This document shows positions 1 through 9,084 of a DNA stretch of 36,534 nt, one piece after another. Below the pieces are notes generated by a model. It searched no databases, was not told the DNA's origin, and saw nothing but the letters and a program-made list of their open reading frames with translations. Location: positions 1 to 36,534 of IMG/VR virus record IMGVR_UViG_3300017739_000035. The stretch is one strand, 5' to 3'. Numbering within the stretch: the stretch's first letter is position 1; each line of letters starts with the position of its first letter. The translations under genes and the position numbers were made by a program. The stretch comes from a virus (lineage: Duplodnaviria; Caudoviricetes).

Positions 1-359
1 GGAACGGCCATATTTTTCTTAATATTATAATCATCTAATTCTGGATCAGGCGGAACCAAAGTAGAGTTATTTAAGAAGTTTTTATAAACTTCTACTTCCC
101 AATTTTTTTGATAATAAATAACTGCATCTGTGTCTATATAACATTTATCATTTTCTTTAGTTAAAGCCAAAGCACTATCTGTTTTATTCCATTCAAATCT
201 TACATCTTCTTTGCTTACCGGATCAGTAACCCACATAGATAATCTTTGAAAAGGTTTATTATCTTCATCAACATCATTATTAATTGCTACATCTACAGAA
301 TAATCTTTTCTAGTTTGTCCTTGAACCTTAACAAATTGTTCTAGTTCTATCTTACTCAT
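1..359 (-). CDS. Hypothetical tail-region protein, runs off the window edge
   Basis: ATG at 359 overlaps the upstream stop (TAATG); open frame MSKIELEQFVKVQGQTRKDY...KKNMAV to position 1; not in the ORF track. Confidence 0.7.
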   Translation of the reverse strand, partial: MSKIELEQFVKVQGQTRKDYSVDVAINNDVDEDNKPFQRLSMWVTDPVSKEDVRFEWNKTDSALALTKENDKCYIDTDAVIYYQKNWEVEVYKNFLNNSTLVPPDPELDDYNIKKNMAV

Positions 360-994
360 TACTGTCCTATAAAAGTTATAGTAGTGCTTGAGCTAGGAGC
401 AGACATAGGAGATATTGCTCCTGTTGTATTGTTAGGTACAGTTTGCGTTCCTAAGCTCCAATTCCATTGTTCAAAAAGAGATATCTCGGAATAAGTCGCA
501 TCACTTCTGTTGTAAGTAGAGCTATTAACTTTGACTTTTAAAAAAGCGGCGTTTGTATTTGCACATCCGTCAGCACATTGTAAAATCATTATAGTTGAAG
601 CAGGTTGAGCTACAGACGAGCTTCCATTAACAGCAAAAGCATATATAGTTTTGTTGTTTAAATAGTCTGCATCTTGATAGTCATTCATAGAGCCATAAGT
701 CTGAGTAGCTCCGGGTCTTGTACCATTTACACTATTATATCCCCTATATCTTTCTGTATTAGCGGCTACATAATCACTTCCTGCTGTGCTTACAGTAGTT
801 TGTCCTGTGGACATAGTTATAATCCATTTGGCTTTTTTGCCATACCAAGCATTTAATCCTCTTGCAGTATTAGCAGAAAAATCCCCTATATCTCGTATGT
901 CTGCATCATTCATTGTACAAGTCGCTCCAGAAGATCCCCCTGCTTCAACATGAAGCTGATTTAAACTTATTGTTCCAGATCCTGGTAAAGCCAT
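359..994 (-). CDS. Putative tail fibre-associated / adhesin protein
   Basis: N-terminus MALPGSGTISLNQLHVE is of the type that follows S74-chaperone fibres; Ser/Thr/Gly/Ala-rich; TAATG-coupled to the fibre gene. Confidence 0.55.
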   Translation of the reverse strand: MALPGSGTISLNQLHVEAGGSSGATCTMNDADIRDIGDFSANTARGLNAWYGKKAKWIITMSTGQTTVSTAGSDYVAANTERYRGYNSVNGTRPGATQTYGSMNDYQDADYLNNKTIYAFAVNGSSSVAQPASTIMILQCADGCANTNAAFLKVKVNSSTYNRSDATYSEISLFEQWNWSLGTQTVPNNTTGAISPMSAPSSSTTITFIGQ

Positions 995-2532
995 TATTTA
1001 CCTTCTAATTCTTTTACTCTAGCTGATAGCTCTTTAACTGCTTCTATTAAAACCGAAGTAATTTTTCCATAATCTACAGACTTAGTACCCATTTCATCAT
1101 CTGCTGTATTAACAATCTGCGGCAAAATTTCTTCTACTTCTTGTGCTATAACTCCAATATTTTCTTTATTTTTTTCTGTGTCTTTTCTTTTGTATGTAAC
1201 CCCTCTAAGTTTTTCAACAATCTCTAAACCGCCTTCTATAGTTTTAATATCATCTTTAAGTCTTACATCTGAAAAAGCTGTAACATTTCCACTAGCAGTA
1301 ATGCCACTAGACGCTATGGTAAAAGCTATAGTTTGACTACCGCCTGAGCTTGTTTTAAAAGTAAAATTTGTATTACTCGCCGCTGTAGCAGAAAAAGCCG
1401 GACTTGTACCGCTTACACCACCGCTTACAAGCAAATGTAAAGGGCCACTATTATCATAAAATTCAATTTGATTGCCTTCTAGTCTTACAGCAGAATGTCC
1501 TTTTAATCTTAAATACTTACCAGCGTTATTTCCAGGATCGTTAATAGCTATCGTTGCTACTTGTGTGCTGTTGGTACTATTGTCAAACTCAATTTCATTA
1601 CTTTTAAATATAGCTTTTCCTGCTTCAGACATATCAAGAGTAAGAGCAGTAATAGTCGCAGATCCGTCCACACCTTTAAATATAATATCTTTATCTGATG
1701 TTATTTGGCTAAATATTACATCTGAATTAGAGTCTTGTATTAATCTTGCATAAGTAGATCCCGCATCTTGAAAATTTATAGTGCCGTCGCTACCTGCATT
1801 AAGCATTAATTCATTTGCCGCTTTTAACTCTAAATGACTGCTTAATTTTTCTAAAGTGCCAACACTTCCAGATCCGCCTGTATAGGTCAAATCTGTTTCA
1901 GCTTCTAAAGTATCTGCCGTTGAGCTTCCGGTAATTATTCTGTTATCAGCATTATTATTAACAGTAGTTCCACCACCGCCGATAGCTCCCCAAGCATTGT
2001 TTTGATAACCTTCAAATTCATTTGTCGTGGTGTTGTATCTAAACATTCCATTAACAGGAGATCCGTTTCTTTGAGCTGTAGTTCCGGCAGAAACTTTAAT
2101 TGAGTCGGTCCCATTTAAAACCATATCTCCTGAGATCGTTACTCCATTTGCAGTAGTTTCTAATTTTTTAACATTATCGTAATATAAATCTACTGCTCCA
2201 TTGTCGGCCATACAGATAAAATTTTCATCATGCGTTCCGTTTTGCAAACAAAAAGTATCTGCCGCAATATACAAACCACCTGTTCCGGTATGTGTAAATT
2301 TAGTGTTGTTTCCGTCATGCCTTATATTGGCATCATCATTTGTTCCAAAATTAATTTGTTTACTATCATCAAAATTAGCAGAATTAAATCTCATATTTAC
2401 TTCTGTTCCGCCAGAAGCAAATATTGCGTCTATATCGTCTAAGTTAGAGTTTAGCGAAATTCCCCAAGTATTTTCCGCCGCTCCTGGTTCTGGTTTTATT
2501 AAATTTAAGTTGGTAGTCTGTGTATCTGCCAT
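994..2532 (-). CDS. Tail fibre with C-terminal Peptidase_S74 intramolecular chaperone
   Basis: C-terminal SDVRLKDDIKTI...LRGVTY...IGVIAQEVEEILP...VDYGKITSVLIEAVKEL; fibre modules such as AGTTAQR...GMFRYNTTTNEFEGY. Confidence 0.9.
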   Translation of the reverse strand: MADTQTTNLNLIKPEPGAAENTWGISLNSNLDDIDAIFASGGTEVNMRFNSANFDDSKQINFGTNDDANIRHDGNNTKFTHTGTGGLYIAADTFCLQNGTHDENFICMADNGAVDLYYDNVKKLETTANGVTISGDMVLNGTDSIKVSAGTTAQRNGSPVNGMFRYNTTTNEFEGYQNNAWGAIGGGGTTVNNNADNRIITGSSTADTLEAETDLTYTGGSGSVGTLEKLSSHLELKAANELMLNAGSDGTINFQDAGSTYARLIQDSNSDVIFSQITSDKDIIFKGVDGSATITALTLDMSEAGKAIFKSNEIEFDNSTNSTQVATIAINDPGNNAGKYLRLKGHSAVRLEGNQIEFYDNSGPLHLLVSGGVSGTSPAFSATAASNTNFTFKTSSGGSQTIAFTIASSGITASGNVTAFSDVRLKDDIKTIEGGLEIVEKLRGVTYKRKDTEKNKENIGVIAQEVEEILPQIVNTADDEMGTKSVDYGKITSVLIEAVKELSARVKELEGK

Positions 2533-2533
2533 A

Positions 2534-3061
2534 TCAATCCTGCTCGGTCCATGTTTCAGAAGAAATATTTACCGGAGTCCAAGACTCAGTAGGTATTACT
2601 TGTTCAGTCCATGTTTCAGTTGTTAAAGTTTCTGGTTCCCATTTTAACCTACCGGTAGCTGTAAAACTACTGACAGCGTTAATAATACAAGCTCCTGTTT
2701 TTACAATACTTCCAACAGCAATTGCAGACGAAACAGCAGTTATAATGCTACTTCCTAAATAAATACAAGTTGGGTGTGCATGAACAGAAGCAACAGCTTC
2801 TATACTAACAGTTGATGTTCTAAATCTTTGTCCGGCAGAAATAAATTGAGAGTTTGCTTCAACAAGAGCAGATCCTAAAAAGATTTTTGTACCTATAACA
2901 CTAGCATCAGAAACAGCACTAATAACACTAGCGGCAGAAATTACTATAGATCCTTGAGCTTGTGCAGAGCTAACAGCAGTAATAGTAGCTCTAGCTTGAA
3001 AAGCTAAGTCATTCCATTTTGATCTGCTGTAATAACCTTCGTTATAGCCGATTGTGGCCAT
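2534..3061 (-). CDS. Putative virion/tail protein with Ala/Ser/Ile beta-repeats and ETWTE repeats
   Basis: 175 aa ORF within the tail operon; repeated ITAVSS-like units and three C-terminal (E/T)xWT motifs. Confidence 0.55.
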   Translation of the reverse strand: MATIGYNEGYYSRSKWNDLAFQARATITAVSSAQAQGSIVISAASVISAVSDASVIGTKIFLGSALVEANSQFISAGQRFRTSTVSIEAVASVHAHPTCIYLGSSIITAVSSAIAVGSIVKTGACIINAVSSFTATGRLKWEPETLTTETWTEQVIPTESWTPVNISSETWTEQD

Positions 3062-3065
3062 GATG

Positions 3066-3455
3066 TTATGCTAGTCTGATGTCAAGATCTCCGGCGTTTA
3101 TACGGAATACATCTCCTGTATCAATAGTTTTGTTAGTTGTTAAAGTTGAATAAGCTAATAAATTGCCACCGCTTGACGCATCAAAAACTCCTACAGCTAA
3201 TACTGTTCCATAACTAGCTGTCGCAGTTGGATATTCTACAGAAGCAACATTACTAGCTTCGGTAGGATTTGTACCAGATACATTAAAAGTAGCAGTTTGC
3301 CTAGCGTAAGCTCCACCAGAAACTTCTGTGCCACCGCCGGTATCAGAAGGAGCAACAGTAAATAAAGCTACATACAAAGTAGAAGGAGCTGTAAAAGCGT
3401 TGCCGCCAAATACATGCTCTAAAACTTTGTCTTCTAAATAATCACTAAATGCCAT
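3066..3455 (-). CDS. Conserved phage structural/tail protein
   Basis: LYVALFTVAPSDTGGGTEVSGGAYARQ motif typical of a widespread ~130 aa virion protein family. Confidence 0.7.
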   Translation of the reverse strand: MAFSDYLEDKVLEHVFGGNAFTAPSTLYVALFTVAPSDTGGGTEVSGGAYARQTATFNVSGTNPTEASNVASVEYPTATASYGTVLAVGVFDASSGGNLLAYSTLTTNKTIDTGDVFRINAGDLDIRLA

Positions 3456-3466
3456 AATAATACCTT

Positions 3467-4114
3467 CTAGTTTTTAAAATAATATGTTTGTTTTTTTGCT
3501 TTACCATATTTTTTTCTTCTTGGTATAAGCGAACCTACTCCAAAAGAAGCTCTTTCTTGTTGCAACCTTACTTCTTCTAATGCTTTGTCAAAAAGAGTTT
3601 GGAACATTCCTATTCTTTCATCTTCCATTAAAAAAACAGAAGCGTGTTTGCAACACCCATATATATAAACATCTGGAAACTTATCACTAACAACATTTGT
3701 TGTATTAGTTGAGCTTAGCTCCGGTATGTTTGCATAATATGTTAATTGTAACTCATAATTTGTGTCTGGTGTGGGACAAAGTTCTATAGCATTATCGGTA
3801 ATTGCAAAATATTCTGGTCTTCCAGATACATTATCTATAGAAGTTCTTTTTAAATCTAAAGACTCTGTAGATTGTTGTAATAAAGTAGTGTGATCGGAAG
3901 TGTTTAATTCAACATTTATAACCCTAGACCAATCACTAGGTAATTGTGTGTACTGTGTTTCTGCGACAGCGTTAGCTCTTTTTATAAGATCCTGGTGTTT
4001 AATAACTTTGTTTATATCAGACTCAGTAAGATCTATGAACATATCCATTTGAGAAGTCAAATCAGTTCTATTTAAGTATTCTGCTACTTTTGTTTTTATT
4101 TCGTCATAAGTCAT
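3467..4114 (-). CDS. Head-tail adaptor (tail tubular protein A-like)
   Basis: MTYDEIKTKVAEYLNRTDLT start, GRPEYFAI...IELCPTPD..Y, PDVYIYG; position just downstream of the capsid gene. Confidence 0.75.
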   Translation of the reverse strand: MTYDEIKTKVAEYLNRTDLTSQMDMFIDLTESDINKVIKHQDLIKRANAVAETQYTQLPSDWSRVINVELNTSDHTTLLQQSTESLDLKRTSIDNVSGRPEYFAITDNAIELCPTPDTNYELQLTYYANIPELSSTNTTNVVSDKFPDVYIYGCCKHASVFLMEDERIGMFQTLFDKALEEVRLQQERASFGVGSLIPRRKKYGKAKKQTYYFKN

Positions 4115-4401
4115 ATCTTACCTTTCCATGTCCTAAAACATTCGTTGTCTTTGTTGTTAAGCCATTCTTTCCATTTAGCTTGGTCATTGGCCCACCCCTC
4201 TAGTATAGCTTTTTCCCAGATAACTTTGGGGATTTCTGCAACATGACGAAAATCTTTTTGTGCTTTTTGTTCTGATAAATATTTTGCATGGTTAATAACT
4301 TTTTTAACATCTTGAACAGAATGAATTATTGATTTGTTATCTTCTGTTACAAAAGAAGATGAATAACCTGTTTCGTGATTTATAAGAGTTGTCTTAGCCA
4401 T
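4111..4401 (-). CDS. Hypothetical protein conserved downstream of capsid genes
   Basis: 96 aa, HVAEIP and KEWLNNKDNECFRT motifs; ATGA overlap with adaptor. Confidence 0.65.
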   Translation of the reverse strand: MAKTTLINHETGYSSSFVTEDNKSIIHSVQDVKKVINHAKYLSEQKAQKDFRHVAEIPKVIWEKAILEGWANDQAKWKEWLNNKDNECFRTWKGKI

Positions 4402-4411
4402 TTTTAAATAA

Positions 4412-4431
4412 GGGGGAGCATAAGCTCCCCC
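4412..4431 (-). terminator. Intrinsic terminator hairpin after the major capsid gene
   Basis: GGGGGAGC-ATAA-GCTCCCCC perfect 8-bp stem; TTATTT follows on the minus strand. Confidence 0.75.
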
Positions 4432-4453
4432 AATATTTGTTGCCTACAAATTA

Positions 4454-5395
4454 TTAAGCAGTTAAGTCGGCTACAATTCCGTGTGCCGCTTCGTTGCTCA
4501 TTTCTAAGCCGTACTCAGCTAAGATCATTTTTGTATCAGCATCTCCGATTTTAGCAATATCCATTGTTTGGAAATTTCTTAAATAAGAAACTTTAGCAAA
4601 CTCAGGATCTACTAATAACAAAGATCTATCTCTGCTTCTGTTTGAAGGTACGATTTGTAACTCTCCAAAATCGGAAGCATAGACTGAAATACTAGCACTT
4701 ACTGTATCAGCAGATACATTTTGTCTAGTATTGCTTCGGCCTGTAAAACCAGAGATAACTCCTTTATTTACCGGACCGGCTATAGCCATTTTAGGTTCAG
4801 CTCCGTTAGTGAACATAGACTGCAAAACACCTTTCAAAAGCGTTTCGGTTAATGCCCTTCTGTTTCCTGTAGCCGCATCAGTAGCCGCCGCAGAAGCAGA
4901 TCCGTCAGCTCCGCCTGTACCTCTACTTTTGTTAGTAGTGATCCACGCTTCGAAAGAACGAGTCTGTCTAGCAGTAGTAGCATTACCTGCATTTTTAGCA
5001 GTATTTTGACATAGAGCTACTTCCATATCTCTTTTTAATGCTTTAGACATTAAGGCCATTTGATGTGCCAATTCCTGCTTTTTACCGGCAGGATCAGAAG
5101 CATCTTGTGAACCAGATACAGTTGCATCTCTTGATGAAATTTGAGCCACATTGGACTCCCTAGTAGTCGCTGTACTTGTAGCACGAGAAAGTTCAAAACC
5201 TTCTAATTGACCTGTTCCGCTAGGAGTAGGTAAATTTTCAGTTTGCCAATCGAATACAACATTAGTAATATTTTTTGATCCGATAGCACTCATAAATGGA
5301 GTAGCAGTTGGATCTATATTGTAAATTACATTCGAAAGGTCTTCTCGGTTAGAAGTAGCGTCATATGATGTAAAAGAATTTGTAACTTTTGCCAT
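4454..5395 (-). CDS. Major capsid protein (DUF5309-like)
   Basis: NREDLSNVIYNIDPTATPFMS, FDWQTENL, KRDME, YASDFG, EYGLE motifs; follows the scaffold gene; GAGG SD. Confidence 0.9.
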   Translation of the reverse strand: MAKVTNSFTSYDATSNREDLSNVIYNIDPTATPFMSAIGSKNITNVVFDWQTENLPTPSGTGQLEGFELSRATSTATTRESNVAQISSRDATVSGSQDASDPAGKKQELAHQMALMSKALKRDMEVALCQNTAKNAGNATTARQTRSFEAWITTNKSRGTGGADGSASAAATDAATGNRRALTETLLKGVLQSMFTNGAEPKMAIAGPVNKGVISGFTGRSNTRQNVSADTVSASISVYASDFGELQIVPSNRSRDRSLLLVDPEFAKVSYLRNFQTMDIAKIGDADTKMILAEYGLEMSNEAAHGIVADLTA

Positions 5396-5412
5396 TTTAT
5401 TTAACCTCTAAA

Positions 5413-6456
5413 TTAGATTATTTTTTCAAAATAATTGGCCGCATCAGACACTCTGCCTGTTTTAGCCACCCTTTGTTGAGCTTTCTTGACAGAAGATGTT
5501 GGCTTAACCCTATTAGAAGTTCCTGGTTTAGCTAATTTTGTTCTGGCCTTCGCTTGTGTTGGTTTTTTCTTTAATGCTGTTTTTTGCTTGTTATATAAAC
5601 TCGCATCTCTCAGCAAAAGAATAAAGCGATAGTCAGTTACAGCATTAACTTCTTCTTTAGTGAAACCTAGACTTTCAGCAGTTTTGGTTATGTTTGAAAT
5701 TTCTTCCATTTTAACCTTTTCATCTTTCCACTCCGGAAGAAGATCCGATAATTTCTGTTGGCTATCTAATAATTGTTTCTTGAGCAGTTCTTGCCTTTCA
5801 GCATTTTCTTGCTCTGTAATACGATTATATTCAGCATCTACAGACTTTATCTTATTAAGATGTTCGTCCCATTCTTGTTTTTTGGTCAGATACTCTACCT
5901 GGTCCTGTTCCCTTAAAGACTCCCAATTTGGTTCTTCTACAAAACCATTTTGTAATATAGTTTTGATTTTAGGTAACAATTCTCTGTACTCTGCTCTTTC
6001 ACGATTTATGTCAGACAAGTTATTATCAATTTCAGATTGCTTAGCATCTAAGTCTTTCCTTAATTGAGATAACTCCTGAGTTTTTCGTGTGTAATCACTA
6101 TTCCGACTGTAACCATTGATTAATTCTTCTTGGGTTACTTCTATTTCTTCGCCGCCAACTTTGACAACATAAGTTTGAAGTTCCTCAGTTTCATCAACTT
6201 CTACTTGATCTTCTTGTAATTCTTGTTCTTCTTCTTCTTCGGCTTCTTCTTCTATTTCAGCTTCGGTTTCGTCTTCTTGGATTTCTTCCTGTGCTTCTAT
6301 TTCAGTTTCAGCTTCCGTTTCATCAGAAACTTCTTCAACATCAGTATTTTCTTCGTCTGCTTCTTGCTCCTCAAGAGGAGTAAGCATTTCTTCAAATGCC
6401 TGTGTTGCTTTGCTTATATCAGTTTCAAAACCATTCGGCTTGGCGTTGTTGGTCAT
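5413..6456 (-). CDS. Capsid scaffolding protein
   Basis: Acidic N-terminus, VKVGGEEIEVTQEELINGYSRNSDYTRKTQEL motif, coiled coil; ATG 6456 preferred over GTG 6465 because AAGGTG SD precedes it. Confidence 0.85.
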   Translation of the reverse strand: MTNNAKPNGFETDISKATQAFEEMLTPLEEQEADEENTDVEEVSDETEAETEIEAQEEIQEDETEAEIEEEAEEEEEQELQEDQVEVDETEELQTYVVKVGGEEIEVTQEELINGYSRNSDYTRKTQELSQLRKDLDAKQSEIDNNLSDINRERAEYRELLPKIKTILQNGFVEEPNWESLREQDQVEYLTKKQEWDEHLNKIKSVDAEYNRITEQENAERQELLKKQLLDSQQKLSDLLPEWKDEKVKMEEISNITKTAESLGFTKEEVNAVTDYRFILLLRDASLYNKQKTALKKKPTQAKARTKLAKPGTSNRVKPTSSVKKAQQRVAKTGRVSDAANYFEKII

Positions 6457-6523
6457 ATTTTCCACCTTATATAAAATATTTGCGTTTATTTTATCTTAAA
6501 AATATACATTTTTGTTAAAATGT

Positions 6524-6787
6524 TTATTTAAAAGATCTAATTCTGTTGAATTGTGTTTTAGCAATTTTTCCTTTTTCTACAATAATTCTTAAATGTCTTT
6601 CGACTTCTGGAATAATTTTTATTGCCTGGTAAATTGCTTCTCTTAAATCCTGATCTTTTTCAACATCTGAATTTATCCACTTTGCAATATATTCAGCAGT
6701 TAAATTTTTAACTGCATCTTTGAATACATCACTATTTAATAATGCTTCTGCTTGTGTAGAAGCATCTATCTCCTTTTGTGTTGCCAT
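6524..6787 (-). CDS. Hypothetical head-region protein
   Basis: 87 aa, AGGA SD; AEALLNSDVF..RE motif often seen near portal/scaffold genes. Confidence 0.6.
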   Translation of the reverse strand: MATQKEIDASTQAEALLNSDVFKDAVKNLTAEYIAKWINSDVEKDQDLREAIYQAIKIIPEVERHLRIIVEKGKIAKTQFNRIRSFK

Positions 6788-6790
6788 ATA

Positions 6791-7012
6791 TTATCCTATT
6801 GCTTGGTAAATAATTTCTTGAAATAAAAATCCGGTAATTCCTAAAAAAATTGTAACTATGAATAATAATGTATTTCTGATTGTTTTATTTACTGATGCAA
6901 TACCATTTTCAATAGAGTCTAGTCTTCGATAATTTTCTTTCCAACGTTGATCGCATCTTGCTTCGTGTGCACTTAATCTTTTATCTACTTCTGTAACTGT
7001 AGCTCTTGCCAT
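6791..7012 (-). CDS. Small coiled-coil membrane protein (lysis accessory candidate)
   Basis: Likely start MARATV at 7012 (TAATG coupling); HEARC coiled coil and one C-terminal hydrophobic helix. Confidence 0.6.
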   Translation of the reverse strand: MARATVTEVDKRLSAHEARCDQRWKENYRRLDSIENGIASVNKTIRNTLLFIVTIFLGITGFLFQEIIYQAIG

Positions 7013-7395
7013 TAATAACTCCAAATATGCGGTCTTGGTCTATTGTTGTTTCCTTTATAAGTGTCTAAATGTATAAATCTGCTATTTCCTTTCTGATTAA
7101 CACCTATTCCGGTAAAGCCAAAACTAGATGCTAGTGTAACTATGTTAAATGCTTTTTCATGAGAACACAAAATATCTACAGCAAGTCCTAAAGTATGTAT
7201 GCCTGGAGTCTTTTTATTTACTTCTACAGGGTGTTTTAGACAACGATAAGCAGATGTAATAACAAAAGAAAAACCGCAACAAGTTCTGAGATCCTGTAGC
7301 TTTTGCAAAAAATCATAATCCATTTTTTGTTCGCCACAATGAGAACAGGCAAACTCCTCTGGTTTAAAATTCAAGAAATCCCAGTCCTTCATCAT
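7012..7395 (-). CDS. Peptidase M15A-family endolysin (Zn D-Ala-D-Ala peptidase fold)
   Basis: EFACSHCG, ITSAYRC, H.LGLAVDI and FIHLD zinc-ligand motifs. Confidence 0.88.
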   Translation of the reverse strand: MMKDWDFLNFKPEEFACSHCGEQKMDYDFLQKLQDLRTCCGFSFVITSAYRCLKHPVEVNKKTPGIHTLGLAVDILCSHEKAFNIVTLASSFGFTGIGVNQKGNSRFIHLDTYKGNNNRPRPHIWSY

Positions 7396-7564
7396 CTAAA
7401 GATTTTATGCTTTGCATATATTCGCCGACTATTCTTAAATCGCCATTCATTTTTTTTGCTTTTAATTTTGCTTCTCTAAGTGTTTTGGCAGTAATAATTG
7501 GTCCTTCATGTGTTTCTATTTTTCCTTCGATAGTCTGTATGTCTATCTCAGTTATAAACATCAT
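7364..7564 (-). CDS. Hypothetical protein
   Basis: 66 aa ORF overlapping both neighbours in the lysis cassette. Confidence 0.55.
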   Translation of the reverse strand: MMFITEIDIQTIEGKIETHEGPIITAKTLREAKLKAKKMNGDLRIVGEYMQSIKSLDDEGLGFLEF

Positions 7565-7941
7565 TTCGTATCTGTCCTCTTTAATTTGTCGTAAGATCTA
7601 AGTCCGGACATTCCTAACAATGCCATTAAAATTGTGGATAATTGTGAAAAATCAAACTCTGGCATTTCTATTTGTACTCCAGAAGTTTTAAGAGCAACTT
7701 CTATAATTGGAGCTAAGACGAAATGATAACCAAGTGCAAAACTACAAATCCACCCTACAGAAGGTCGCCAATTTCTTTGAAATGGAGATCCTTTTGCTTC
7801 TATTTTATTTACTTCTATTTGTGCAAGATTTGCTTGATGAAATAAAGTAGTTAGTTCGTGATCTAATTGTGCTTGTAAATCTTTATCTTTTACAAATTTA
7901 CTTACTATGTTGCTAACCGGCTTTAGTAAAGTTTCAATCAT
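7561..7941 (-). CDS. Holin of 3TMs (GTA holin family)
   Basis: AQIEVNKIEA...WRPSVGW...LLGMSGLRSYDK signature. Confidence 0.88.
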   Translation of the reverse strand: MIETLLKPVSNIVSKFVKDKDLQAQLDHELTTLFHQANLAQIEVNKIEAKGSPFQRNWRPSVGWICSFALGYHFVLAPIIEVALKTSGVQIEMPEFDFSQLSTILMALLGMSGLRSYDKLKRTDTK

Positions 7942-8293
7942 TTTTTCCCTCTAATATTTTTTGTAATTTTATAGCTTTTTCATGTGCTGAGTCTGCGTGT
8001 AAATCTTTATCAACTATTTTTTCTAATTTAAGACTTTCTATTTTGTTGTTACTAATATATCTCCAAGTATATCCGTCTTTTCCATACACACCAAATATAG
8101 TAGTGCTTAGACCAATCTTTATAATCATGGCCTGTTCGCCGTCTAATATTACTTTTTCGCCTTCGTTAAATTGTGAATTTAATTTGAATTTAAGGCCTTT
8201 AATAAATGAAATCGAATAGTCTTTGAGAGCTAATCCTGCTAAAACAGAAGCTATAAAAATAGATAATTCAAGATAATATTGCTCAAAATTCAC
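7934..8293 (-). CDS. Small MscS-like (mechanosensitive channel beta-domain) membrane protein
   Basis: One N-terminal TM helix, then FNEGEKVILDGEQAMIIKIGLSTT...YISNNKI, resembling the MS_channel middle domain; GTG start. Confidence 0.55.
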   Translation of the reverse strand: MNFEQYYLELSIFIASVLAGLALKDYSISFIKGLKFKLNSQFNEGEKVILDGEQAMIIKIGLSTTIFGVYGKDGYTWRYISNNKIESLKLEKIVDKDLHADSAHEKAIKLQKILEGKND

Positions 8294-8296
8294 TTT

Positions 8297-8458
8297 TCAT
8301 TTGCCAACTTTTTTCATAGCGATTTTGTGCGACTCTGTAAATGTTTTACCTCGTCGCATTAATCTTTTCATTTCGGCCATGTGTTTAGCCGTATGATGTT
8401 TGCTATGCCTTTTCAAAGTATCTTTTTGTCTTTGAGTAAGCTGTTTGGTTTTGTTCAT
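8297..8458 (-). CDS. Small basic protein (53 aa)
   Basis: Manual translation MNKTKQLTQRQKDTLKRHSKHHTAKHMAEMKRLMRRGKTFTESHKIAMKKVGK; abuts the upstream stop. Confidence 0.65.
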   Translation of the reverse strand: MNKTKQLTQRQKDTLKRHSKHHTAKHMAEMKRLMRRGKTFTESHKIAMKKVGK

Positions 8459-8512
8459 TTATTTTTTTTTCTTCTTTTTTTTCTTTTCAGGTTTTCCGTA
8501 ATATCCTGGCAT
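8459..8512 (-). CDS. Poly-lysine micro-peptide (17 aa)
   Basis: MPGYYGKPEKKKKKKKK; TAATG-coupled upstream and directly followed by the next ATG. Confidence 0.5.
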   Translation of the reverse strand: MPGYYGKPEKKKKKKKK

Positions 8513-8628
8513 TATTTTTTCCTCTTTTTATTTTTAAGTTTTTTAAAATCTGCTCCGGTAATTTTATTTCTAGGCGGAGCAACTCTAGCAATCTTTTTTT
8601 GTTTTTTAGATAATTTTTTTCCTGGCAT
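8512..8628 (-). CDS. Small basic protein (38 aa)
   Basis: MPGKKLSKKQKKIARVAPPRNKITGADFKKLKNKKRKK; starts 1 nt after the upstream stop. Confidence 0.65.
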   Translation of the reverse strand: MPGKKLSKKQKKIARVAPPRNKITGADFKKLKNKKRKK

Positions 8629-8629
8629 T

Positions 8630-8812
8630 TTATTTCTTTTTCTTTTTAGGTTTTTTTGCCGTCTTGGCCGCCTGTTTAAATTGTTTAGCCGTTGGAGCTC
8701 CTTTGCTTCCTGGCTTTCTCATTTTCTCTTTAGATCCAGCTTTTATTCTTTTGCGTTTAGCATGAATATTAGCGTACAGTCCTTTCTTTTTTTTCATAGA
8801 TACCTCTACCAT
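8630..8812 (-). CDS. Small basic protein
   Basis: GLYANIHAKRKRIKAGSKEKMRKPGSKGAPT motif; true start may be the internal ATG after GAGG. Confidence 0.7.
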   Translation of the reverse strand: MVEVSMKKKKGLYANIHAKRKRIKAGSKEKMRKPGSKGAPTAKQFKQAAKTAKKPKKKKK

Positions 8813-9084
8813 TTAGTGCGGTTGGCCCAATAGGCCGCCGACATTTTACCTTTAGATATGTTTTTGGCATGACGAGCTTTGAAGGATTTTCTTCGAGCTT
8901 TATCTTTTTTGCTCTTAGGATTTTTTCCTGCTCCGCTTACGCCTTGCTGACCAAATCTTATAGTCTTTATTTTACTACCTTCTTTAGCAACTACAACATG
9001 AGATTTTGTTGGGTGTCCCGGAGTTCTTTTTGGTTTGTTGTAACCAGATACTCCTGCCCTTGTTAATCTTGAGTCTTTTGACAT
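8806..9084 (-). CDS. Small basic conserved phage protein
   Basis: GYNKPKRTP, KTIRFGQQG, RKSFKARH, SAAYWA motifs. Confidence 0.75.
   Translation of the reverse strand: MSKDSRLTRAGVSGYNKPKRTPGHPTKSHVVVAKEGSKIKTIRFGQQGVSGAGKNPKSKKDKARRKSFKARHAKNISKGKMSAAYWANRTKW

Noticed and set aside
8381-8833. 150-aa Phe-rich apparent membrane protein
   Set aside because: Reverse complement of the poly-lysine peptide cluster
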